Source of the DNA: a virus
Lineage: Duplodnaviria > Caudoviricetes
Strand: one strand, 5' to 3'
IMG/VR virus record: IMGVR_UViG_3300014205_000173
Length of the DNA stretch: 64,000 bases
Under the pieces are notes generated by a model. It was not told where the DNA came from, did not search any database, and was given only the letters and a program-made list of their open reading frames with translations. Shown piece by piece: positions 27,701 through 41,100 of the stretch. Numbering within the stretch: position 1 is the first letter of the stretch; each line of letters opens with the position of its first letter. A program made the position numbers and the translations under genes.

Positions 27701-30700
27701 AATTCTAACAAAACCAGAAGAAGATTCTTGAGTTGAAACTGTTATTACCTTACTCCCATTATCTTCTTCCAAAAATTCATAAGAACTTTGATCAAAACTT
27801 CCAAATCCAGAACTATCAAATTCCAAATTTACTGTTCCCAAATAAGATCTAGATATTAAACCCAAAGAATCTACAGCTAAAACATTTATTTTAAATGGAG
27901 TTCCAGCAGAAACCGTTGTAGGAGCAATAACAACACCCTTTACTGCCACTGATCCACAAAAACTTAAGTTAGGAGATAATGGTTTATCAAAACCATTAAA
28001 ATCACTATCATTTGCTGTGACATCTGAGTTTTCAGAACCCTCAACTAAAGATACAGAAGGGATTGTTCCTATGTCGTTTGAATCTCCGATAATAAATGTC
28101 GTTTCTATTTCTCCAACAACTTTTTCTGTTTTATCAAACAATAAATTTTCTTGATAAAAATAAGTATTAATACCAGTTCCACCAAAAGAGGTGTCACCAA
28201 GAATAATTGTCATAGACCCATTTGATTGAAATATTTTTGACGAGTAAGTGGTATTTATTTGAAATAAAAGTTCTTCTGAATCAGAATTTGATATAGAAAA
28301 GTTATCAGTTTCAACGTTTATAGATACATAATTTTGACCTGATGGAGAAATAACATTATATGGTTCTAAAAACAAATTTTGTTTATAAAATTTAAAACTA
28401 TTTAAATCTTCATCTGTACTTAAATTAATTCTAAGTCCATTTGTTAAAGAAACAACACCGTTTGAAAAACTATTTTCAGATCTATTTATATATTGAGCTG
28501 TTATAATGCCTGTTGAATTTAGTGTCGAAGATAAATTTGATGGAGAAATTCTACCAAAAACATCACCTTCACCTAATTGAGAAGAAACCAGAGGAAGAGG
28601 ATTCCTTTGAGTAGTAGTTGTCCTTGGATCATCATAATATGTCCATGCAATATCATGCATTTTGAATGTTTTATCTTCGTCTGTATAGTTTGTAACTTTT
28701 GCACCAACCCTATATACAGAATTTGTGTTTGTAAATTTAGATTTATAAATCTTTGATAATCCTTGTTTTTCAAAGAAAATAATACGACCAAGACTTGGTA
28801 TACAAAAATATTTAGAAGAAGAAATTGGTTCGGTAAGATCTTGTATCCCTTCTGTTGCGTCAAAAACGCTTATTCCAAAATCTTGTGGCCAAGCACCACC
28901 CTCCAATACATAAAAGAATCCGTCTTCAGTTATTAAATTTTCCCAGTTCTTTCTCTTAACAATCATCCTTTTACCATGAGGAAGTTCTTTGTAAAAATCA
29001 TAATTAGTAGAATCGGATTCTAAAAATCCAAAATTTAAAACAACTTCTTCTGTTGTAAAATTTCCAAGCAAACAATCATCTATTGAGTTTATTTGAAATT
29101 CAAAAATTTCTTTTTCTGTATCCGTTTCTTTAGATTTATAAAAAATAAAACTTTCTTTTGGATTTATATGAGTTATTTGTATTTGTTTTATTTCAGGAGA
29201 GCACGAAGATAAAATTGTATTTAGAGTTATTTGTATTTGAAAATATTTCCCAAATAAATCAATAATATTATCCTGATTTGAAGTAAGATTTTCTATCCAA
29301 TCAGTCCAAATATCTTTGTCCTTTGAGGCTCTAATCTTATAAGTAACTGTTGTTTCTGGAGGAATATTTGAATCTATTTTTATTTTTGTAAAGTTTTTAA
29401 ATTCATCATATTTTATTATTTTATTCCAAGATCCAGTTCTTTCTCTATACTGTTCTTTTTCCAAAAAAATATCAGATATTTCAGAAAGTAAGTTTTCACT
29501 AAATCCAGCCAAATAAACATTAACATTTTCTCTAGACTGTTTTATTGAATTTAAATATTCATAATTTATATTATAACCAACTGTAACTATATATATTTTG
29601 CTTCTAAGATTTTGAAACTCAGAGTTATTTTGTATTAAATATTCTATAGATTTACCTACAGTTGAATTAAATCCATCAGTAATTATAAGCAATATTTTAT
29701 CTGACTCACTAAATCTTTTAGATATTATATTCCCTATTTGATATTCAAATTCTCTATTTTCATAAGAAAAATCAGAACCGCCATGATTTATAGATTTTGA
29801 AATTAAATTAATAGCTTCATTTAATGGTGTTTGATTGCCTTGAAAATTTATACTTTTTAAATTTTCCAATTCACTTAAAACAAAAGTGTCACTTGATGTA
29901 AACCCTTCTGTTATGTTAACAATTCCAGAAATGCTAAACTCATCCTCTAAAAGTCCACGTCCTTGTGCGTAGTTTTTTATTTTTTGATATTCAGAGTCAG
30001 AAAGACCAAATGTAACTAGCTGATAAAATGGTGTTGATGTTGCTGTGCTTGAAATTTGAGAAACAATCTCCTTTGCCATATCAATTCTTTTAAAATCAGG
30101 ATCATTGGAAGACATACTTCCAGAGCAATCTAAAAGAATGCTAACTGCTGCATTTGAAAATTTAGTAGATTCAACAAAGGCATATATAATTCTACTATTT
30201 AACGGATTCGTCAATATGAATTTTACTCTTTTTTCATCAAGCCTACTTGAAATATTGCTAAAATTTCCACCACCATTACTTGATATAAACACTCCTCCAT
30301 GTTGAGCAACAAACAGTTCTTGTGAATTTGAAATATTTGGAAGGATTCTTGTTGTTTTACTTTTAAGAAGTCCCTGAGAATAGAAAGTATCATACTCACT
30401 CATTCCTTCAAATTCAAAACTATCAACAAAAATATCACCAGAATCTGTAGACCTAAAAAATCCCTCGTTATTTCCAACATAAACCTTGTTGTTTTCCAAA
30501 AGAATTGTATTGGCTTGAGAAATAGTTTCTCCACCAACTTGTGACCAAAAAGAACCATTAAATCTATATATTCCATTTTCTGATGCTATAAAAATTAATG
30601 AGGTAAAGCTATCACCTTCAGAAGTGTATTCATACCCATATCCATATCCGTAAGAATTATAAAAATCTATTTCAAAGCTATCAAAACCATATCCTATTGA

Positions 30701-32167
30701 ATATCCATCAACATTAAGAACATCAAAATAATCTAATCCACTACCATAGCCATACCCATATCCATATGTTATTCCTGAAGTTCTATCTCCAGAAATCTGA
30801 TTAACAACTATTCCATCAGGCAATCCGTCATTAATAGATGACCAAGACAAACCCTGATCTAAGCTTCTATAAACACCATTATCTGTTCCAACTAATATCT
30901 CTGTATTTGACAAGAAAATGACATCATTAATAATTCTACCCTTCAATCCTCCAGAACCAAAAGGAAGATCATTTACAAGGACCCATAAAACAGAGTTTGA
31001 CTCAATCAAACCTTCGGTTATTGTTGCAACATATACGCATCCTTTTTCGGAAGAATTTGTGTTGTCAAAAGCTATTGCAATATCTCCATCTAAGCTAAAT
31101 TTGACGGAACTAATATTTCTTACAGAATTATCATCAAGTAATAGTCCAGATATATTTTCATTCCAAGTAGATCCTGAATTTGTACTAAAATAAACTCCAG
31201 AATAATAATTTGAAGATACCAGCCAGCACATTGCACGGTTCGTATTTCCTGCTGGATTTATTATATCTGCATAATTACAGTCATTAACAGATAAATAAAA
31301 GTTACTTTCTGACCAGTCTACCTGATAGGATTTAGATCCTTCTACAAAAAGAGAAGAAATATCTGCACTATAAATTCTTTTTCCAGAATCACTTATTGAT
31401 ATATAATTTCCAGAAACATCTACTGAATTTCTTGATGCGATAATAAAGTCTTGTCTATTTGATAAGGTTGAAACCTCTTCCAAACCACTTGGAAGATTTA
31501 CAAAAACTGTTTTACTATTTTCTTGATCTGTAAAATCAAAAACATCATCAAAAACAATATCGTTAAAATTGCTATATATTTTAAAGTTTCTCTTTATATT
31601 TATATCTGAAATAAAATCTACAGTTTCAAATCCATATGCATATTCTGCCGATGATGAATTTGATTGTATGTCAAAACCATACCCCAACAAATCTCCCTCA
31701 AAGCCTAAAACGTTAAAGTAATCTAAAGGATCGTCATAACCATACCCGTATCCATATCCATAAACATAAGATTCATTATATGCATTTCCTTCAGATGGAA
31801 ATGTTGTAAAAGAATAATCCGAAGAAAAAGAGTAAACTTGTTTATTCGTGGTAATATTTGAAGAAAAAACCCATTCAACAAAATTCTTTTTAAAAAACTC
31901 TTCGTCTGGTAATTCGTCATTTTTCCTTTGAGTCAAAACCATTGAGTAGTAATCTGGATCTAATAATAAGCTTCCAAAATCAAAAACGTACCACCCCTCT
32001 TTCTCGATATCATTTACTGATCTTTCAGAAAAAGCCAAAGCAGAGCCGGTTGGGAATCCTCCATTAATATGATCTGATTTATAAATTGTTAAAATTAATT
32101 TAAAATCAGTAGAATCCCCTAAAACAGGAGTTAGATAGAGGGCAATATTTGTTATTAGCTGACTCAT
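24791..32167 (-). CDS. Giant multidomain putative virion/fibre protein (2458 aa): 2 YG modules, Asp-box propeller, vWA, beta-sandwiches, degenerate PHP-like domain, C-terminal GH32/43-like propeller
   Basis: Asp boxes STNSGSTW, SLDQGLSW, STDSGDIF; MIDAS DCSGS..TPL..TDG; YWGDFNVPTIHSDG..RSCYATTGARI; KDPFIYRDGADYKLFYSG; no signal peptide or anchor seen. Confidence 0.75.
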   Translation of the reverse strand: MSQLITNIALYLTPVLGDSTDFKLILTIYKSDHINGGFPTGSALAFSERSVNDIEKEGWYVFDFGSLLLDPDYYSMVLTQRKNDELPDEEFFKKNFVEWVFSSNITTNKQVYSFSSDYSFTTFPSEGNAYNESYVYGYGYGYGYDDPLDYFNVLGFEGDLLGYGFDIQSNSSSAEYAYGFETVDFISDINIKRNFKIYSNFNDIVFDDVFDFTDQENSKTVFVNLPSGLEEVSTLSNRQDFIIASRNSVDVSGNYISISDSGKRIYSADISSLFVEGSKSYQVDWSESNFYLSVNDCNYADIINPAGNTNRAMCWLVSSNYYSGVYFSTNSGSTWNENISGLLLDDNSVRNISSVKFSLDGDIAIAFDNTNSSEKGCVYVATITEGLIESNSVLWVLVNDLPFGSGGLKGRIINDVIFLSNTEILVGTDNGVYRSLDQGLSWSSINDGLPDGIVVNQISGDRTSGITYGYGYGYGSGLDYFDVLNVDGYSIGYGFDSFEIDFYNSYGYGYGYEYTSEGDSFTSLIFIASENGIYRFNGSFWSQVGGETISQANTILLENNKVYVGNNEGFFRSTDSGDIFVDSFEFEGMSEYDTFYSQGLLKSKTTRILPNISNSQELFVAQHGGVFISSNGGGNFSNISSRLDEKRVKFILTNPLNSRIIYAFVESTKFSNAAVSILLDCSGSMSSNDPDFKRIDMAKEIVSQISSTATSTPFYQLVTFGLSDSEYQKIKNYAQGRGLLEDEFSISGIVNITEGFTSSDTFVLSELENLKSINFQGNQTPLNEAINLISKSINHGGSDFSYENREFEYQIGNIISKRFSESDKILLIITDGFNSTVGKSIEYLIQNNSEFQNLRSKIYIVTVGYNINYEYLNSIKQSRENVNVYLAGFSENLLSEISDIFLEKEQYRERTGSWNKIIKYDEFKNFTKIKIDSNIPPETTVTYKIRASKDKDIWTDWIENLTSNQDNIIDLFGKYFQIQITLNTILSSCSPEIKQIQITHINPKESFIFYKSKETDTEKEIFEFQINSIDDCLLGNFTTEEVVLNFGFLESDSTNYDFYKELPHGKRMIVKRKNWENLITEDGFFYVLEGGAWPQDFGISVFDATEGIQDLTEPISSSKYFCIPSLGRIIFFEKQGLSKIYKSKFTNTNSVYRVGAKVTNYTDEDKTFKMHDIAWTYYDDPRTTTTQRNPLPLVSSQLGEGDVFGRISPSNLSSTLNSTGIITAQYINRSENSFSNGVVSLTNGLRINLSTDEDLNSFKFYKQNLFLEPYNVISPSGQNYVSINVETDNFSISNSDSEELLFQINTTYSSKIFQSNGSMTIILGDTSFGGTGINTYFYQENLLFDKTEKVVGEIETTFIIGDSNDIGTIPSVSLVEGSENSDVTANDSDFNGFDKPLSPNLSFCGSVAVKGVVIAPTTVSAGTPFKINVLAVDSLGLISRSYLGTVNLEFDSSGFGSFDQSSYEFLEEDNGSKVITVSTQESSSGFVRILLKFNGSEYKSNPIKVQPMGSITNIYWGDFNVPTIHSDGRQSIEFIKNYSKNISQISFLGTSDDIDSIDQEEWDFIKKETLDQSTDEIILIPGIRHRSQDYFGERVVLFGNFDDIPDTKPTSPKDLSSAKSQIEQLISDIRDYDVISYPVHTAYENDQSSTIFNSRGFDFENYRTIMSYSPVSDSSDFISIKESAIEIFSDHGGIQNQTEFVNENFSISQNSQYVNYALQMGKKFAFISNSGGYSSRPGYYLGDRSSKVTLPSISSGNNRGITAVITSNISRENVFNALKNRSCYATTGARIYLEFQAFYGDIPIGIGKQFKDTSTDTTTLTPLKSISFKFRAAGDNSNISRFQIVKLEVDNFNSFKNILDTFSTSETQLNKVDFGSDSGDLTFIETEISNQGVSGKEYVYYLKVTQFNGHVAWSSPIWIDFGRESGIRNSEDSLKNKIYKIALIEDASSSNNFGIVSNAPLKENSEGFPLNHFDIISLRPSFTPKDTRVTPYITPESSNVSLMVSDKRCSFSGFRVSNYSDFNIFYGTHYMKTIGSEDDYKSENIISLNDSKISNLNGDTVQGFYDEKYKFLNSESDIIPTERSKKYRDWFFGTMWQYISSSNFRFGYTLEKTSIFSSLIPDAFVVKDPFIYRDGADYKLFYSGHSGKYPLQKDVLNNKYLLSQSTIVSSLPDTVRELNQREEFLGLINTSESNSMSGGENIRIMYANDDGFDTRNFFKKNVVPNTFGGTANGTTIYYSYCPNYIKISNTDHRIYYLGWFYGQSNSKKPVLGLFCYRFSDINNLDTTGSNVLTFAFTNSSEELPKSYSPRRSSFESNNFFPSDIREDAFNSDFWFETHPAYASRWLWLSVVQQDGGDFYAFFNYMNQIDSKIYIGQDNPGTGILYSNDVSKLVFRQFDLTQVKNIPSLSGKVFFHPFKVSENSQTNWYSIYRNIDSSGSNISEDVFYSRFNWIPEFLL
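30626..30766 (-). repeat. YG module copy B (in the 2458-aa protein)
   Basis: YGYGYGYGSG-LDYFDV-LNVDGYSI-GYGFD-SFEIDFYNS-YGYGYGYEY. Confidence 0.9.
31625..31762 (-). repeat. YG module copy A (in the 2458-aa protein)
   Basis: YGYGYGYGYDDP-LDYFNV-LGFEGDLL-GYGFD-IQSNSSSAE-YAYGFE. Confidence 0.9.
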
Positions 32168-35100
32168 TCTATAATAAATTCCTGTCCAAGAACTTTTCCA
32201 CCAGAAATAGATTCAAGATTTCCAACTCTTCCTATAAACTTCCATTCCGTCCCATCTTCATTTCCCAAGAAAACTCCCTTATTTGTAGAAATATATATTT
32301 TTCCATTAGACTCTTCTAAGTTAAAGACAATATTTGCACCAACATCATCCAATAGTGATGAAAGATTATTAAGAAATTCCCAGTTAGAGTCAAAACTTTC
32401 ATTTGTAAAGTCAGAAGAATTTCTCACAAATCTAATATCATTAAGACTGTTGCTTACTGCTACAGCCAATACGACATTAGAAGAAGTATAAATCATAGAA
32501 ACAAATTTATATCCAACTAAATTGCTTGATAAATTTTGTGATTTAATTACATTTTGTCCATTTTCTGTTGAATAAAAAAGACCACTATTGGTTCCAACAA
32601 TCCAGTTCCCGCTCAATGTAGATACACCACAAAGAATTCTTTTTGATCCAGAAAACTTTTCTATATCAACAATAAATGAGAACGAATCAACAAGATCTCC
32701 AGTAGCTCTCTTATATCTTGGTGTGGTTAAGAAGCTTCCAGAGCCATCTATTTCTGTTGGATCTGGAATTAACCTATAAGGAAATACTCTATATGCATAA
32801 TACATATTTGACTTCAAAATAGGAGCTAGCTGTTTTTTGTAATCAGAGTCTTCTCTTAATGCAGTTAGTAATTCCTTGTTTGTCATACTGCTTCCATTCG
32901 TGATTAAATCTTCATATGCTCTGATATCTGCTTTATTTTCCAAATATCCGGTTGATGTTATTGAAAACGATCCATCTGCCTCAATTCTTCTTGCTTCACC
33001 TATAGTTGCATCAACTCTGTCAATTATTGGAAAATCTGTTGTTGGGTAATTTTTCCCCTGAGGATAGTTGTTAGGACTATTTACATTTGGGAAATCTCCA
33101 ATAAAAATAACACCATTCGTATGGTAGGTAATTGAATCTTGACTTCCAACATATTTTTTCTGGTTTGAAGATTCTTCAAAAAGCAATCCAGAATCACTGT
33201 TTTCAAACTTTGCACTTTTACCAAAAGAAAAACCACTTTCAGGACTACTAAATCCGTTTGGATAAACAGAACCATTTTCTGGCAACCAAACACCATTACT
33301 ATAGCTCTCTGCAATTTCAAACGTTGAGAATGGTCCATACCTTACAATTAATGCAGAATCCCACCCCTTATACTCTAAAAGAGAAGAAGACATTGAAGAT
33401 TTAGCCCAAACAGATTTACTTAGCATTTCTTCTGTTTTATCAGTCCAACCACCATCATTAGGATTTGAAATGCTTCCCCAAGAAAATTGAATACTTTTCT
33501 TAATGGAAATATCACCTGAGTATGTTATTATTGTTTTTGATATTGGTCTTTCTACAGTTATATATAATCCATTTTCTCCTCCTCTAAAAATTCTTCTAAC
33601 TCCCTTGTCCACAGATTCCCATATTACATTTATTTCGGAATCTAACTGTTCTACATTCCTATAATTAACACGATCTACATCACTTGACCACAAACCATTA
33701 TCTGTTGCTAAAATTATAGAATTATCACTTAATGATATAAGATCTTTGATATTACTAGGAATAAAGGAACTCGTAAGTTTCTGCCAAGTTGTTCCATTGT
33801 TTGATGTTGTATGAACACCTTTGTTTGATATTGCAAAATTTTCATCAGAATCAAGCTTACCTATTTTATTTACCTTTATATATCCACTATCATACTCTGG
33901 GTTTTGTAATAAAAATGGAATTGTTAAAGGATTTACTTCATCCTGACCTATTTTTATCTCATCTAAACCAAATTTTTCTTCCTTTCTAGATATTTTGAAA
34001 GTTAAATATTTAGTTAAATCATCTGTTTTAAATGTAATTTTTTCAAAATTACTTAGAATATTGTCATTTTTTGGGTATGTTTTTGCTATTATTGTATTTG
34101 AGTCTGTAAATATTTCATCACCCATTTCAAAATTATCAAAAGTAACATTTGTTATAAGACTATCAGAATCTACTTGAACATTAAACTCCTCTCTTATTGG
34201 ATCGTAATATTTTTTTATTCCCAAAGAATCAAATCCTAAAAATATAGAATTAGAAAATTCAGAAACAATAGAATATTTATTTAATCCAGATCCACAATTT
34301 AATATTAAATTCCAACTTAAACCAAAATCTATTGATCTATAGATATCTTCAGTAGAAGTTATTGCGTATAATATTCTAAAATCTTGGGTGTCAACAAGTA
34401 CTTGTTTGTATCCTGTATCTGGCAATCCATTGCTGTCCAAACTAAGTTTTGCCCAAGATGTTCCATCATTTGTTGAGTAATAAATTCCAATATCAGTAGA
34501 GATATACAAAACATGTTTAATAAAATTTCTAGTTTCTTCTGTTTCTGAAATTTCTATATTTAATATATCTGCATTAGATGGTATTCCGTTTGTTTTTTCT
34601 ACCCATTTTATTCCGTTATCATTAGAAATATAAACCTTACTATAAAGAGATCCTTGTTCTTTAAAAACCATCCAAATAGGCTTTACAATTCTTGGTTTTT
34701 TAATTAGAGTAGATTCTACTCTATATGGGACAGAAAATCTATCAAAAATATTTGCATTTCCCTGATTTATTATTCTGTAAATGTCCGAAACCAATCCAAC
34801 TGTAGTTAATCCCGTTTGTGAGTCATAAGAGTTGTATGAAATCTCAAAACATAATGGTCTTACAATAACTGTATTTACTGACAAGATTCTTCCTGTGAGA
34901 TCTTTTCCACTAAAAACGTTTCCTGAAATATAAACATTCAAACCATCTAATTCGGATGTAAGTCCTTGCATCCTATCTCTTTCGGTATAAATATTACCAA
35001 TTCCTATGTCGTAAATTCTATAAAAATATGGAATACCTGACTTTAATGTTATATCATTATCTACATAGAGGCTTTCAGAAAAATTATCCAAACCAATATA

Positions 35101-38100
35101 AACAACTTCTGAATTGAAAATTTCATTACCAACAGAATATTCTTGTGCGTTTGTTGGATTTTCTTTTGGATTTTCATAAGAAGATCTTATTATTAATATT
35201 GTCTCTCCATTGTTTTCAATCTGAACAGAATTTTCTGTTTTAGAAACAAAACTATTTATTCTTATTTGAACAACGTCTCCAGTAGTTGGAAGTCCTTCTG
35301 TAGATTTTGCGTAAACTTTAGTTTCTGAATCCTTTATATAAAGACCGTCATCTTTAACTCCAACCAAAATAATATCTGAATTTACAGAAAGAATTTCAGC
35401 ACAAGTTATATTTCCACTTTCAAACCCAAACTGATCACAAGACCACTCCCACCTGAATGTAGTTCCTCCATCAATTGAGTTATATATACCATTCATTAGC
35501 CCACGATTAGATGTCCCAACAACAACTCTATTTTGATTATTTGGATCTTGAGAAATACAAGTTATATTCCATCTTCCATATTCTATTCCGTATTGAGTAA
35601 AAAATCTAGATTCAAGTCCAGAAAAAGTTAGAGAATCATATTGGTGTATTCCAAAACCAAGTGTTGGAATGATTAGATTTTCTGTTACTGTAATTTCATT
35701 TATTGGAATATTAAAATATTGTTGTTCGTTTCCAGTTAAAGATCTATCTTGTTTATCCCATCCTGTAGTTAGGTCAATAGCAAACAACCCTACATTGTCT
35801 TTACCAGATCCATAAATTGAAGTAGAATAAAGAGTTCCATCATAATATTTAAAATCTGAAAAAATTCCGTTTGGCTGATTAGGAACTATAAATGGTTCCC
35901 AAAACATCATATCACACCCATATGATCTATAAAGAAATGATGAGTTTAAGGCGGGAGTATGTTCGTAGTATGTTTCAAAATAATTACTATTTTGACCAAA
36001 AATAAGATAAGAAACTATTCCAACTTCAGTTTCGTCCGAATCCTCGGAAAAATTTATACCCCAAGAATTTCTTGGCATAAACTTACTATCATATAAATCT
36101 TTCCTGCCTGAAAAAATTTGTGTCCAAGTATCAAGCTGAGAAGTTATTGTAAGTTGTGTTGCCTCTCTATTTCTTCTTCCTGAAATTAAGGAGACTTTCT
36201 TGTGATAATTTTTTATTTCATCATTCCTGTCAGAAGTAAATGGCATTAGGAATAATTTATTATCAAATCCACCAACAAGAATTACATTAATTGCGTTTAG
36301 AAAACAAATTGCCCCACGATGATTTCCTATCGTAAAATGATTTGTTGCTTCCCAATTATAGCTATTCATCCCGGGGCGATCTACCCAACTAAGATTCTCA
36401 ATAAATGACTGTTTAACGTCTATACTTGTTATTCTCTTTTCCAAATCAACTTCTTGTGGTCTTAATATAACAAAGTCATGTGTTATCTTTCCATAAAGTG
36501 CTGATCTAGTAGCATAAATAACAACGCTACATTCAAGAGCAGTAGAATCATTCCTTACGACAAGATCTGTATAACAGTGTTCAATTATATCAGAGTCATT
36601 TTCTTCTGAAAACTCAAAAGGATGCCATATACTAGATCCATTTTCCAATATAAGTATATTGTCCTTTCCTCCTGCATAAAAATCACCAGACACACTATCT
36701 TTTGTTATTCTATAAATTGTTTGAATTGATAAGCCTTCGGCAGACCCTATATTTGTAGGCAAACCAACTATTTCTGTAGGATCTTGATTCGTATCATTTT
36801 GACTGTTAAATTTTATTTTACAAATTTCAACTTCTGTTTCCGTAATTCTATTATCAAAAACTCCAGCAAAAATTATTGGATTTTCACTAACACTAGAAGC
36901 CTCTGAAAGATAAATGTGCGAAGGAGATCCAATAGATGATGTCCTATCAAAAACTTTAATATTTTCTCTATTTGAAATAAAATCAAAATCTTCAAGAACA
37001 GAATCTTCTCCAGTTGAAGATATTAAATTTTCAGAAAACATAACATAATCAATTATAGTACCTAAACTATTTTCAATTTCTAAAACTCCCTTAATTTCAT
37101 AAGGCAATAGAACAACTTCATTCCACCTTCTTCCATTATTTACTGTGTTAAGAATAATGTTAGAGTAAGAATACATACCACTTGTAGATGTTTTGTCTAC
37201 AAAAAAATCACTAGAAATAGGATTCCCACTTAAAACATAAACAGGTCTCCAACTTCCTATGTTAAATTTATCTTCTCTGTAAATAGTTCTAGGATCTTCC
37301 TCAATAAAGGAAAGAAACGTTCCATCAGATCTTTTTATACAAAGACCAATGCTTGTAGCTATTATAATCTCTTGAGACAAACCTTCTATAACATTTCTAA
37401 CTTCTAAAACTTTATTTTCAACACCTAAAAGATTGTCTGAAAATAAATCATTTTTACCAAAATCAACACGATTATTATCTGTTACTTGAATTAAAATATC
37501 ACCAGCAGAAACATATAAAATATTTGAAGTATCTACAAATATATTTGTAATATTTTCGGCTTCATTAAATTGGTTTTTTACAATAAACGGAGTTGGACCT
37601 CCCTCAAAAGACCATAATCCCTTTGTTGTTGCTACCACAATCCTTGAGGCATTTTGTGCGAATTGATCAGTTAATGAAATAGAAATTTTCTTACTGTCTA
37701 TCTCAACACGCCTTCCACTGGCATCATAAAAATCCAAATAGTAATAGTAAGTATCTGGACAAATTAGGCTTACGTCATTTATTGAAGAGTTTATTGAATT
37801 AGAATCGCCTGAAAAAAGTATACAGTGATCTTCTCCAACCATTTCTGTTATAAGAAAATTTTTCCCGGAAGATGAAATCTCGCTTTCACCATCAACTCTT
37901 TCTACATAAACTGTATCTAATGCATTGGCTAGAACTTTTCTTGATATGTCATTTTCTCTAACATTAACCAACATGTATTGATTTACAAGACTATTTGTTC
38001 CTATGCTTTGTCCTGATGTAACTGAAAAATTTTGAGCAACAATTTTCCACGCTAAAAAGTTTTCTCCATCAACACTAATCGTATCTTCTTGTATTGAAAA

Positions 38101-41100
38101 TATTTGACCTAAAGTTTGATTGATGTTATAAACTCTATCCTCATATACGGGTCTTATCTCTGATTTACTTCTACTTAATAAAGAGTTAGGATAAACACTG
38201 GAATTGTTTGCCCACGTTAAAAATATTCCTGGAGGACTATTTTCACCACTAGATATATAGTCCAATCCATTTGTTTGAGATATTGCTTTTACCTCTCCCT
38301 TAAACCCGCTTGACTCAGAATATCTTTCAACGGTGTAATTCGTTATAGATCCATTTTCTATAACATATGATATTACAGAAATTCCATCTGCCCCCAAGGC
38401 TAACCAAATTCTACCAAAATTATCTTCAAAAATATCAAAAACATTTAAGCTTCCAATTTCTATCACACCAAAATTATAAAAATTAGAACCTATAAAAACA
38501 TTTACTCCGTCAGATTCTGTTGCAATCCAATATGCATCATTGCTGTCTTTAAAAATTTTATTTATGTTTTTTATGTTTCTATTAGATGGAACAAACAGTT
38601 CAGATCCATTAAAAACAAAACTATCTTTATTGTTAGAATAGATATTGTCGTCTGTATCTACAACAACTATATCTTTGTTTTCTATAAAAAATTCCTTACA
38701 ATCTAAAAACGTATTGGTTTTAAACACAGACTCATTTGGAGAGTCTAAGTCCAAAGTTGTCTTACAATAACCATTATCTGTTATAAAGTACAAATTACCA
38801 AAAGAATCTACATCTACCTTTTTAATGTTTTCAGAAGGAATCCAAGAATCATTTATAAAAATTCTTGTTGAATTTCCATTTGTAACTACAGCATTTATTG
38901 AACCATTATCGTTGACATTAAAATCAACACAACCATCAACAAACCCATTGCTTTCCGAAACAGATATTTGATTCCAATCTACGCCAAAGGCATTTGATAT
39001 ATAAATACCATTATTTGAATTACTACTAGAAGGTCTAGATGAAGAAACAACAAAATTTCCAAACTGACTTTCAGGAACCATTCCTTCAAACCCAAGAATA
39101 TCTTCTACACTTCCTATTTTTAATAAAACATCCAAAGAAAAATCTATATTTCTATTGGTAAATTCAATTGCGTAATCTCCATTCAAACTTAAAATAACAG
39201 TATCTTCTTCTAAAGAAATTCTTGAAACTCTTCCTCTTATAATTTCTTCTGTATCCGTATAACAAATGAATATATTTCCATTATAATCTTCTATTAAAAT
39301 ATTTTCGTTTGTATTTGAAACCGTTCCAGTGATCTTTGTTTCATTTATTAATGGACTATATTCTACTCCACTTATGTTGAAAATAATAGTTGGAAGTAAA
39401 ACTAATTTATTTCCTTGCGACTCAACTATTTTTGATGAAAAAGAAAAGTTTATTCCATTTTCCCTAAAGATAACTGGACGTTTTACCCATATATTTTCTG
39501 GAATAAATGGATTACTTCCAAAAGAACCACTGTTAGAAATTGTTATTTCGTTTGTATTTTCAGAAACATTTAACGATAGTATGCTTGCAGAGGCAGTAAA
39601 TGCTTCTCTTGGATTATTTATAGAAACAAATATTTCATCTTCATTTTCACCGGAAGGATTTAATAGTATTTTTGAAACTAAGTAATTTGACGAATCTTCT
39701 CCCGGCAAAAACTCACCTTTATATGATGAAGATTCAGATGTAAATGAGTCTTTTGAAACTAAGATTCTATTGTTAGAAATAAATGCCATTCTATCATTAT
39801 TTGTTTCAGAAACTACTATCGGATATGTTATTTCTGATTCACTTCTAACTTCAATCCACTCTCCTGTTAATAGGTTTGCAGAATTAGTATCTATTTGTTT
39901 TTTAATAATTGAATTAGAAGATGTTACAAATAAAAAGTTACCATATTGAGAGTTAACAAATTTTAATCCACTTCCTAAAATATTTTCAAATGTAACTGGA
40001 AGAGAAATATCTGTCCACTCTATGGCGCTTCTACTTCCATCAACATATCTAGAGTCATTTATAGTTCCAACTCTAAGCTTATATTCATTCCCTAATATAA
40101 AGGCAGCAAAAAAAACTCTATCAAAAGTATTTCCAATAAATTCTCCCGGAACATCTTCTATATCTATAATTTTAAAGCTAGAAATATCAAAATCAGTATC
40201 AACTTCAGACCAAGAAATACCAGAATTTATTGATACATAAAGTTTGTTGTTATAATTTGAGTAGATTGGACTCCCTATGTTTATTGAAAAAATACCAGAA
40301 AGATTTGCAACAGCATCTCCTATTAGTATAAGTTCTACATACTGTTGACCGATTACTAAATCATTATAAACTCTATGAAAAGCTATTGTGTATGTATTTT
40401 CTCCAAAAGAAATCTCTCTTCCAACAAGTAAATTCTCCTTCGACAAAATAGTATTTAAAGAGGCTTCTGAGTAAGGAATTTTAAAGGAAGTTAAATTACT
40501 AAGAAGACAAGTTGAAGTTTCTCCAACAATTAAACTATCTCCATTAAATGCTGAATTTAATTTCAATGTTGTTGTTTGTGAATTTAATGAACTATTTGTA
40601 TTTCTATGATAATATTCTCCATATCCAGAATTTTCTACAGTATATATATTGTTTGGTTCATTAACATTATCTGCAATCAATGTTGCATCTTTTAGCGTAA
40701 ATGGTCTTGGTATCTTATTGGCATCTAAAAATAAATTCAATTTATAGCTAGAATTATTCCACTGATCATTTGTTTGAAAATCTATATTAATAAACTTGTT
40801 ATCTACTCTAGCTAAATCTCTTACTGAGTCCCAAAGAAATGATTCTTCATTAAATCCTCTTTTAGTATAAATTCCTTCAAGAGTTAGAGATTCGCTATAT
40901 TCAGACAAATAGGAAACATTAAAGTCTATATCTTGAGAAGTTTGTCTTGTTGAAAATTGTACTGGGCTGTTAAACCCTGGAGTTGTTTCTGAATTAAAAA
41001 CCGAAACCCTTCTTTCCCAAATATTCCCATCATCATTGGAATATAAAATAGGTACTTTCACAAACCTACTAAAAGCATCATTGTATTGTATTGTTAAAAA

